This document shows, in pieces, positions 24,001 through 36,000 of a DNA stretch of 64,000 nt (position 1 is the stretch's first letter; every line of letters starts with the position of its first letter). The stretch is from Antedon mediterranea. Lineage: Eukaryota; Animalia; Echinodermata. A program made the position numbers and the translations under genes. The stretch is taken from assembly GCF_964355755.1 (NCBI RefSeq), contig NC_092674.1, forward strand, positions 9,858,001 to 9,922,000. Direction: 5' to 3'. The notes under the pieces are model-generated. The model did no database searches. It saw nothing but the letters and a program-made list of their open reading frames with translations, and had not been told where the DNA came from.

Positions 24001-27000
24001 AGAGGTTAAGCAGTTTTAACTTTCAATTAATAATATTAAACACAAATTGTTTACGTTAAATCTTGTTATTAATAAGTTTTCCTTCTTTTCACAGATTTCA
24101 GTTGAAGAAACTATCGCAGCCACGGCATATGTAGAGCTCTTCTTACGCAGTATAACCGAACCAAGCCTAATGCGGGTTTTCCTCCGATTCATTTGTACCG
24201 CACAGCACGAGAACAAGTTTATACTGGACTCGCTAATATCACGCATTGGCAGTAACTCAAGGGTAAGTAGGACAAATTAATTTTGTATTTTATTATTTTA
24301 ATAACTCTCAACCAATTCAGCTGCAATGAGTTCCTAGCTGAAAAATACTAGGGAGGATAAAGCTGGTTTTTCACTAGGCGAATTTATTTGCATGAATCGA
24401 AAAGTGTTAACTAGTGCTCATCTTTTTGTGATGTGAAAAAAACCAGAATATTGATACTGCTGTAGTTTAGTTTGCATCTTGCTTTCCATGAACAGAAATC
24501 CCATTCTAAATTTGTAATTGTGTTAAATTTCAAGAAATGTTCATTACAGGTATTTGATGTTAATAATATGTTTTGAAAAGTCGGCATTTCACTAAGTATG
24601 CATGTGATTGCATTATCACACGGTCCAACAGATTGAACGTTAAACGATACTTACGACGTGTGAACTATTTAAGCGATGTATGCCATTAAGTTAGAATTCT
24701 TTGGCACCAAGTAGTATGCAGCGAGTAATTGTCTTGTCACTTTGTAGTTGGACTTAAAATGTTGATGGACAATAATATCTTATTGACCTTTGTTGACCTA
24801 TAAGAGACAAAGAGGAGGTACAGTAGTAGAAATATAAGATGTGATTGCTAAGTTGTAGTATCACACTGACTCACTTCTTTATTCTTTTAATTTGTTACGA
24901 TGTTGAATGCCATACAATTTGAGTTGAACTCTACCTTTTGGCTTCTTCGTTTCCCTATACAATTTGAGTTGAACTCTACCTTTTGGCTTCTTCGTTTCCC
25001 TATACAATTTGAGTTGAACTCGGCTTCTTCGTTTCCCTATACAATTTGAGTTGAACTCTACCTTTTGGCTTCTTCGTTTCCCTAAACAATTTGAGTTGAA
25101 CTCTACCTTTTGGCTTCTTCGTTTCCCTATACAATTTGAGTTGAACTCTACCTTTTGGCTTCTTCGTTTCCCTATACAATTTGAGTTGAACTCTACCTTT
25201 TGGCTTCTTCGTTTCCCTATACAATTTGAGTTGAACTCTACCTTTTGGCTTCTTCGTTTCCCTATACAATTTGAGTTGAACTCTACCTTTTGGCTTCTTC
25301 GTTTCCCTATACAATTTGAGTTGAACTCTACCTTTTGGCTTCTTCGTTTCCCTATACAATTTGAGTTGAACTCTACCTTTTGGCTTCTTCGTTTCCCTAT
25401 ACAATTTGAGTTGAACTTTTTTCCTCTACCGTTTTCGTTTCTTGGTTTCCCTATACAATTTAAGTTGAACTTGTTTCCTCTACCTTTTTAACTTCTTGTT
25501 TCCTCTACCTTTTTGGCTTCTTGTTTTTTCCTCTACCTTTTTGGCTTCTTGGTTCCTCTACCTTTTTGGCTTCTTGTTTTTTCCTCTACCTTTTTGGCTT
25601 CTTTAATAGTTTCTCTACCTTTTTGGCTTCTTGTTTTTTCCTCTACTTTTTTGGCTTCTTGTTTTTTTCTCTACATTTTTGACTTCTTGTTTTTTTCTCT
25701 ACCTTTTTGACTTCTGGTTTTTTCCTCTACCTTTTTGGCTTCTTGGTTCCTCTACCTTTTTGGCTTCTTGGTTCCTCTAACTGTTTTGGCTTCTTGGTTC
25801 CTCTACCTTTTTGGCTTCTTATTTTTTCCTCTACTTTTTGGCTTCTTGTTTTTTTCCTCTACCTTTTTGGCTTCTTGTTTTTTCCTCTACCTTTTTGGCT
25901 TCTTGTTTTTTTCCTCTACCTTTTTGGCTTCTTGTTTTTTCCTCTACCTTTTTGGCTTCTTTTTTTCCCTCTACCTTTTTTACTTCTTGTTTCCTCTACT
26001 TTTTTGGCTTCTTGGTTCCGCCACCTCTTGGTTTTATTGCCTACACTCATCATGATTGTCACACATGCCTTAATAAAATGTTGTCAATATTGCGGTAAGC
26101 AAGTCAGTAGTGTTATTGCCTCTCTAGACCTCTTTACACAAATGGTATATTAATGGTTCTTGCTACTTCAATACTATTAATGTGTAAGAAGTCTAGAGTT
26201 TAAAACACTTCCATCATCAATTTGTTTTAAGTCCAATGATAATTGTGCTTTTCAAAATTTGATTAAAGCTTAATTGAACGAAACAAGTTACTGTATTTGG
26301 TGGATGTTGTAAACATTCCTACAGTGGAGTTATAAACAAGTGCCTGAGGGGTAGTGCTTACTGTAGATATTGAGAGCTGGGAAGAAGGCATTTAGGTTTC
26401 AATGTACTGTTATGTCGGTGTTTTAATACCATTTGATACAAACCCCTTTTTATCAGAAAAATATTTGATTATGCGGTGTTTGGATTCACAGTCCATGCAG
26501 ATATGAAAATACAATTCTATTAGCAAACATGGTTGATACCATAGATTCTTTATCTTTTAGATGAATGTGTTGATGACACAATGTTAATGATGTTTAATAT
26601 CTTTCCGTCTGTTTGCACAGTTAGTATCTTTCGTAAGCCTCTTGGGAAAGCGATTTTACCTGTCTAGAAAATATGCAGGAAGTGATCCTAATACCATTAA
26701 ATTGATTTGCCTAGTGGCTAGTCCATTAATAGATTGAAAATAAATATTGAACACTTTTGAAGCCATATGCGTCAAAGGATTTAAGCTAATCCTAAGATTG
26801 ATTGGAGTGTGGGTCTAATCCACTGCATGTGACATTCACTTTACCATAATAGTATTGGTCACTACACTAAATACTGTTACAGTAGTACATACACTATTAC
26901 AGGTACTGCCTGTAATGTTTCAATAAATAAGGACTTTTCACTTTAAATGAATGTTCATGTCGACATGGTTGTAGATCGCTACTCGTGCATTAGTATAAAC

Positions 27001-30000
27001 ATGTTTTGATTAAGTGGACATTCATGTTGGCACACCACCAGTAAATACATATCATGTAATGATCTTTGTAAATATAGTATCGGCTGGCTTAGGCAAGGCT
27101 ATGTCAAGGGAGCATTGGTAGTGTTGGCTTAGTGGACGTACAAGTCCCTATTACTAGTACTACATAGTGCTCAATTACAGGTGCTGTAACTTAAAATCGT
27201 GTAAGTTCAATACAAAATAAAAGTGATTAAAGTAATCGCCAGGCTACAGGAGCTTATCCCAAAATATTGAAGTGTGATGCGGATTAGTTCATTATATTCC
27301 CTGTTGTAAGTAAGTAACCAAGTAAGAGATTAGAAAGTTGAACTTTAGAATTTTCTGTTACCTAAATGTGATCAGTACTGTATTAAATTGATATAAAGTT
27401 AAATAGAAATATCTCAATGGATTTGAGTTCCATCTGAATACAGTTGTAAAGTATAAAAAGAATTAATAGGTTTTCCCAATGGATGCAATAGTGTACCAAT
27501 GGTGTGAAATTGGTTTTGCTGCTCCAAATGATCATATTTCTATAGCAAGGTCACTAAAGGTCACTCTAAGGATTCCAGTTTCTTTTATTTTATGTATTTA
27601 TTTATCTTTTATTCAGGTATAATATAAAAATTTAGTCTAAAAATATTGTAGACCAAAAAATAGAAAAATTCACAGCAAATCTACACATAAAATTTAAACA
27701 TACAAAAAAGAAATAACAAAAAAAAACACATTAAAAATAAAATGTAACAGTATTGCAAGGTTATTAGATTACTTACTAATTGTCCACATATTCATCTTAA
27801 TTATTTAATTATATTATCAGATTTTAAAATTTCAATTAATTATAAATTAATTATAAAAAATGTCTCAATTGTTTATCTTAAATTTACTTACATAAAAAAA
27901 AAAGTTAATGGAATGCATCATTATTGGGCTTTTAGAAGTTTAACAATATAAGGAACTAGAAAGCCACTCGAGAGTGCATGCCTCCGCCTACTGTAAAATT
28001 CTCCTACATAAGCTTTTCCAGGAAAAATATATATACCGTACTGACGCGGGTATAAGCCCATACTCGGGTATAAGCCCCACCCCGACTGTTGACTAATTTT
28101 CATGAAAAATGAGTCCACCCATTAATTCGAAGATCTACAGTGTGTGTCGTAATACATATTTTTGTATTTGGCGACGTCCATACACCGAATACACCTACCT
28201 CTGATCATAACCAAGCTAGGCTAATATACGCTAGGCCATATGAGGCCTAGCGGTCCTGTTTTGTTTACACTCCATCGCGTCGAAGTCGTCAAAACGGAAA
28301 ACCACTATTTAGTATCGGCTGCCATAAACAAGCTTATTGAATTTCTTTGGTACATTTCTATTTAACGAACATTGTATACTTGCTTTTCTGCTTGATAAAT
28401 TCTTGTTCAATTGATGTTTAAAATAAGATATTCTACGATAAATTACACAAACTATAAGCTTAATTTTCCGACACTCTACACCTCGTGTATTTAGAGGCAA
28501 CGTCGTACACGTGAGGGCGCTCGCTCGCATGGTGGAATACACAGTGTACATGTGCTGTTTTTGACGATCTGCATTTTTGGATCCTCGGGTATAAGCCCAC
28601 CCCCCAAACTTGACGTGATTTCATGTTCGAGGGGGGTGGGCTTATACCCGCGTCAGTACGGTATATATATTTGTGTGTCTCTTAATGCTGTTTGTGATTT
28701 AGGCTAATTTCACTACAAAATACAAGCGTGTTTTGTGTGTGTATGTGAGTTTGGTGTAATGGTTATGTAACAAGCCTTTCAATTAACAATAGCTTTAGTT
28801 GACTAACAATAGAACAGCAACGCGAAAATCAAACGAGTGAATTTGAAAAGAAATAGGGTTTTTAAACTACTGGCATAAAAAAACGTGCACATTAAATCAA
28901 ATTATGTTTAAAAATTACAAATCACAAATTATAACTCTTGCCTCTTGTACAAAAATGAAGTTTTTTGGACAAGTAGTTCTCGAGAAAATGCAATTTCAGT
29001 TTACTTGTTACTTTAAGATTGCTCACCGGCTTTTGAAAAATTCTGTCCTATCTTTTAACACTAGCAGGTCTGAAAAGTATACTAAAAACTACCGATTACA
29101 TATACCTCCTTGGCGGAGGTAAATAAGGAATGGCAGACTGTTTGTATCGGTCAGTTTTACATAGGTCTGTAAGCACTTCAAAGATTTTACCACTGGATCT
29201 GTATACAGTATTTTATATTTATTTCACAGGGCATCATCAGTAGTGATAAATAACCACATATATTTATATCTATCTCACTGAATGATTTATTATCATTTCT
29301 CATTTTTTATTAAAATATTAAATGTCATTATTGACAACTCTAATACATTTATTTGTTTTATGATTAAAGATATTTCATAATATTCAGTTGAAGATGAAAG
29401 CAATATTAAAAGTCCAGTGCGAATTAGGCATTGTAGTCTTTATTGAATGTTTATAAATACTGTACATACAAAATATAACATAAGGTAAATAATAGCAAAT
29501 ACTAAAATATTAATATAAAACTACATCATCTCCATGTGTTTATATTGATCCTAATGCATTCTCAACTGCAGTTATATATTGATATTAATTTTTTTAAATA
29601 CTATACTGTACATACTTTAATTGAATAAAATCGATCAATTAATTTAAATTTATACCACTCCATAATCTATATATTATGTGTGTTATAATTAGGTCACAAG
29701 CTTAAATTGCTGAATTATAATGCTATGAATATACAATCCAAAATCACACTAACATTCATAGTTTTTCACACTACGATAATATTTTTCTTTGAATGTGTAT
29801 CCATTAAAATTGCGTGTAAAAACAAATTATAATACTATTTCACAATGAAATTATTCTTATGGATATAAAATCAAAATGTCATGTGACTCAGTTGATGTAA
29901 ATGTTGTTGCCATATGGTGAAATAAAAGTTATTATGCTAGAATTTTATCCGACAGGGAGATTACAAGCTAATATGTTTACTTTTGAAAATCAGCTTTTTA

Positions 30001-33000
30001 AGCTGAGACTTCGAAAAATGGTAAAAATTGAGTGTTTAATTGTAAATGTCCTTATTGCTTTTTCTTCTGAAATGATTGACAAGTAGTAGTTAGTATGACT
30101 ATCCAAACTTTAATATGAGAACGTAGAGGTTATTATTAGTAGTAGTTTAGACCCTATTAATGGGACATTTTTAGGACCAAACAAACTCTTCCCTTAATAG
30201 TGGTGTCCACTCATAAAGGCCTATTGCTAGAAACACCACATGGTGACCAACAGCGTATTGTTTTATCCAAAAGATGAAATGCACTTTTTATAAAAATAAT
30301 GTCATAATATGACATCATGTTACCTGGTATCAGTCGACATTAGCGGACGTGTAAATCGAAAAGTCCTTAATTAGCACTCACACCTAAGGCCCACAACAAC
30401 ACTGTACACGTGATGATATGGTAATTAAGTATATGGTATTGATCCTATTATTGCATACCACACCCTCTATCATCTTAGTCATCTTGTGTATATCAGGGAT
30501 ATACAAAAGGGGAAATCCCATTACTCACCTTTTTTCATGCTTCATTGGGTTTGGCCTTATTCTCAAATACTTAAATACAAAGCTCAGCTTTAATAATTAT
30601 TGTTTTATGTCTACGATATATAAATTGTACAGTAATTTGGATCAATTGTGTGTGTGGAGCAGATTTAATTGTCATCTAAATATTAACAGTAAATAATAAA
30701 GAGCTTCTGACATCATTTAGGGGCCGCCTTTAACCTCCGAGTGTAATCAATCTGTCTTGTTTTTTTTACATCAAGGTTAAATAATGAAATATAAATTAAT
30801 AACCTCTGCTCCACCTAAGAAATCAATTCCATTGTTTTTAATCAATGAAAATACAGTAGCATCAAAGCTATTCATTGTAAATTTAAAAAGCCTTAAACAT
30901 TGTTTTTTTCATATTCACCTGGCAATTCAAGTGCAATTAATTACTTAAGTACATATTCTCAAAATAGTTTTCAACATATATTATCCTTGAATTTAATGTA
31001 ACTACTAGTACTACTGTATTATTGTTATCAGGCCTGATTGTTATTTATATTCATAATTATTAAATTAATCCCGCCACATGAGTTTCATCTTACTGGGATT
31101 CTGCCCTCATCCTTATTTTTTTTAATCTCAATTTTTCATGTTTTTTGACTTATTGTCTTTTGGACAAAAATAAAATGTCAATTGAATTGAATTACTAATA
31201 TAGTACTAGTCTGTGAAACAATAAATACAGGCCTGACCACCACAACAAGCAATGATATTAGTTTTAATACTAAAAACGAAAAGAAAGATTGTTATGTAAT
31301 AATAATGCTATATATAAATATTGTTTACCAGCTATTTTTTTTATTTTACTGTAGCAATACAATAATTTCTATTGCAATTAATCGCCCGACTTTGATAGCT
31401 ATGCTTAGTGATTGATTGATATTGCAGAATGTATTACTAAAGGTCTCATGAGAAAAATAAAATGTAAACAGTGAATTGAATAGAAGGGTTTTTGTTAGAT
31501 GTTTGATGTTTCCCTAATTACAAATTTGTCTTCAAAGGCCACTTAAGCACTTTTATATCTTCCTTTTTAATTTTAAAGTTAATAGAAAGACAATTTTGCA
31601 TCTAGTTTGAGCCCAAATTGCTCTTATACATACAGATTTGGACATGTTTTCTCAAGTCTCTAGTTATTGTCTTGTTTATGTTTTTTTAGTATTTCTTTAT
31701 GAGCGCCATAAGTCGCCCTTTTGATATTTGTCTGCGTATGAAGTATGTGTACAAAATTTGTTATCTTTTAACCAAAAATAAGTTGTATATACTAGACTAG
31801 CACAGAGTATAGTAGGCTTTACTGTACATCCATGCTTTCAATGACACCTTGTAGTTTATTTTGTATCGTGTATCTTAATTTTACTGAATCTGACATTTCT
31901 CTATTATTCATATGTATCATATCTGGTGCCTGTATTAAGTTAAGGTTATAGTTAGGCTTATGGCCTATGATACAGGCATCCCATGGGACACTGTATTACA
32001 GAATTATTATTATTATATAATCAATCAATTATAGTACAGTATCGGCTGTAATTTTGATTTTTCCTGCCTCAAAATTCGAACAATACAATGTTATTTTTTG
32101 TTTAGTAAACATTTCTATTTTGTTTTGCAGCTTTGTCTTGTTACCCTGTCATTATTCTACACACTGCTTGATCTCAACTGTGAAGACGTGATGATGCAAT
32201 TAATTCTAAGGTACAGTATAACAATTAAGAGATCAGATGTTTTTGAAGACATAAGTGTAACTGACTATTATTCTAAAGCTGTTTATGTCTACACTATCAA
32301 AATAGTTTAACAAAAATTAGTGTGATGTGCCCAAATATGGTGGTGATATGCTCAAATATGGTAGTGATATGCTCAAATATGGTAGTGATATCATGGGTAT
32401 GGGCACATCACATTTGTCACATGAAGTTTGATAGTGTAGACAGAGCTTTAAGCTTTAAAAAATAGTCTTGTAATCACTAGTAATCTTTACTGAGTGTTTC
32501 TGCCTTAACATATCTGCAAAAAAATGTATTGTGAGTTGAAGTCGCATTCTATTCTTATTTACATGGAGGCAGGTCAATGCATTAAATCATCCTTATAGCT
32601 AGTAGGTAGACACTAATTACTCCAGTACAAAAATGGTAACTCCCTGTGAATCATAAGGTACAGCTTTGATAAAGAAAATCCATTGATTTACACGAGCACT
32701 TAAATTGACATTTCTATCCTACTAATGTTTCAGTCTTGGCAAGATTAATACATCAATCTCAATGGTGGATTATGTTCAAAACATCAACTGTTAAACTTTT
32801 TTCTTTTGATGAAGAGCTGTATATCCTAAGTCCAATTGCTGTTTACACACAATTGAAAATTGATCGATTATTCAATTTTTTTTATACACAATCATTTTAT
32901 TTAAAGAAATTAAAATAGCTAATGGTATATTATAACCCTATTAAGGGGACACTTTGGAACCCAACAAGGTGTACCTTTAATAGGGTTTTCCTCTGAATAG

Positions 33001-36000
33001 AGTTTGGCTATAGTTTAAAAAACTAATATTTCCCCTAGTTTGTTTTGCAAGACAATGTCACCAGAATTGTGGTGTCTGCTAAAAAGAGTTGACTGTAGTG
33101 TAAAAAAATATAATATTTCCCATCATTTGTTTCAAGTGTCCACTTAATAGGGGTTTCCCTGAATAGGGGTATTCCCTAGTAAAGTCATGTAGCTTCAAAT
33201 ATTTTGAATTACTGTATAATTAATAAAACAATAATTCATAGACAGCATTCATTGCATCCTTTTAAACCAATATTTGTTTATTTTATAGACACCTTGTACC
33301 TTGTACACATTTGATGGTGAGCCAAAGAAAGTCTGTAAAGGATGTCGATCTTGATGGACGTTGTGCTAAGAAATTCTTATCCTTGTCGCCAGACTGCTGC
33401 CAAACAAAAGTGAATCCCATAAATGGGGTAGATAAACAGTTACACACCAAACCAGTGGTGAAGGATTCCTCTAACAAACAAATCCAGAAAAGAAGTAATC
33501 CTGATCTTACAAACGATTCAGTTTTACTAACGAAGAAGAGCGAAGTTGTTCTCGGAGGTTCTCCGCAACTTGACAAGCGTCTGATTGAGCAGAGAAAGCA
33601 TAGCGAGTCTCAGTCATCTAGTGGGTCTAGTAGTTGGAGTCAATCCGTGAATGGTTTTGACGATATCACCGATGAAACTTTATCAGACTTTGTCACTTGT
33701 CATAATGAATATTTACAGGATGCAAGTGTCGGTATATACAATTGCGTGCATGGTTGTCAGACATGGAGCGCCCCCTATGATGGGGAGAACCCACGTCCAA
33801 TGAGCCATGGACATGATAATGACAGCATATCCTCATCAGAAGGACGCGCATTGAACACGTCACGCTCAAACAGTCCCGTTGAACGTTCAAACAGTTTTAT
33901 CCGTACGCCAGAATCTGCCCGTAAAGGCTCATTATCAAGCCTAAGTTCCAGTTTTTCAGAATGTAGGTCGTTGCCTTTGGGAACAGGATTTGAAGGAAAT
34001 ACAAGTCCGAGATTGCCACGTGGATCTGACCCAATTGTCCAGGAAACGATACGCGATATTTTAACATTTAAAATCGGTTCAGAACCTTCTGATGACAATA
34101 AAACTATTGAATTAGTCGATTTGAATTCGAGTATTGAAGAGGTTTTGAACTATGACCGTGGGTCCACTACTCATGATAGAATTTCCACCAGTAGCGACCG
34201 CAAAGAAGAGTTGCTCTTAAAAAAACCTCGGTCAAAAAGTTTAAATGAAAGAGTTCAATTGACTGAACAAAATACACACATTAATGGAGTAAGTCATTCA
34301 GATTCTGTTAGCCCTCCAAAACAACGAGCTAGCACTCTAACATTGTCACCTAAAGGCCAAGTAAAACGGTTCAATCAGTTTGAAGGCTTCAGCTCAAAGT
34401 ATGACCAAACCCAGGATGGTACTTCTCTGTCAAAATGGTTGAACAAGTTGGGAGAAGATGGTAGTAGCGAGCATTTACACCTTGCAGAAGACGAGAACAC
34501 TGATACGTTGGAAAGAACGCTAAGCCGTAATGAGTCCATGAATGATGATGTGCAAGTGTTTTGGAATTACGATTCAGATTTTGATATGTCGTCCAAAAAT
34601 GATCAACAATCGGAATCTAATGAGGCCGAGAAGATTTTAACTGCCTTAGGATTTAATATCAACAAAGAGTATGTTGGTAGTCCAAAGACAGGAAGGCCTA
34701 AACTCGGAACATTGAGCAGCGTTAGTTCAATGAGCGAATCCGATTGGGAACTCGATGGACCGATTTCTCCAGTACAGAACGGGATGAATTCACCTCTGCA
34801 GGATAAACGACGTAAACTTCCTAACATTCCAACACATAGCTCACCGCTGCCAGGGCGTGGAATCTTATCGAAACAACCAAAGAAAAAGCTGCAAATTAAC
34901 GGCAACCTGCTTGATGATCTGGATTTTGAGCAGGAGCTTGGTAAACCTCGGGAATCAACGCTGGATGCTATTATGCCGCATCTTGCTCCTGAATCCATCA
35001 TATCGGGACCATTGCTTCCTACGCCTCTTATTCAACAAGTTATGTTTAGCCCGATTAAGAATAACCCGCTAACCCCATCAACAGGTAAGTGTTGTCACTT
35101 TGTATTTTCAACGCCTGTATTTTATGTCTATTGCACGTTTACCAAGATTAATTTTTAGTGATCTCAAATTTCTTTAATGTAAAACTGAAAGGTAGGTAGG
35201 GGCGTCTTTTATGGACAAGCGGTTTTATACACTTTTTCTTCTAAAACTTGGGTGATGTCATCACTACTGAGAGGAAAAGGCCTTTCAGTTTATCTAGGTA
35301 AGATAGGCACGTAGTATAGACAAAATATTAATGCCACTTCTGGTTTGTGTATTTTGTGTAAACCCACGAATGTCTGGTTTTGGAGAAGTTTCCTTGGCAT
35401 AGGGAGGTATACTAGTTGGCAGTAATAGCAATGGCGTAATGGCTATGAGCTATCACTGGCTAAACCCTGGGGCCCAGAGCTTAAGGGGCCCAGCATTAAC
35501 AGCCCTAATGCAGCTACCCAGCTTTAAGGGCCCCTTAGGAGTGGAATTTTTCATGCATTACGCCATTGAGCAATATGTAAATTGTTGGATAAACGAATAA
35601 ATTATTCTTATAATAGTATATTTCAAATCTGTGGTGATGATTATGCACACAAATTTAATTTTATTTATTCTTTTACAGTAGCACATAAATGTGAATATCT
35701 CAATGTGCTGTACAGTAAAATCAGACCAAAAAAACAAGAGTAAAGTAAAACAAAAAAGTAAACCTGTACTAAAAATATAATTTTATATCCTCATACCCAA
35801 TGACATATATTTTGTAATATGTAGGTGAATTCAGCCTACTCACCATCTCAAGTAAGAATCTAACATAATAAGATCTGTTAGATTTAATCATGATTTGTTA
35901 TTGAAGTTTTAATTGACAGATTACCGTTTGTCGTCATTGATGAATTTCTTTTGCGGTATTACTCAATTTAAAGTATAGCTAGATATAGGCATCTGCCGAG

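Noticed and set aside
24912-26153. CRISPR-like array, or repetitive membrane/basic proteins in the ORF track
   Set aside because: Units are directly adjacent with no unique spacers, no cas genes are present, and the context is a eukaryotic intron. The ORFs are translations of the minisatellite.
26050-27200. Highly degenerate RT-like words (DLFTQM, FYQKIF, CVDDT) suggesting a Penelope RT relic
   Set aside because: The words are scattered over different frames with many stops and cannot be supported without an HMM search.
33283-35072. Antisense and alternate-frame ORFs overlapping the large FHIP1 exon
   Set aside because: These are expected shadows of a long GC-richer coding exon and show no independent features.
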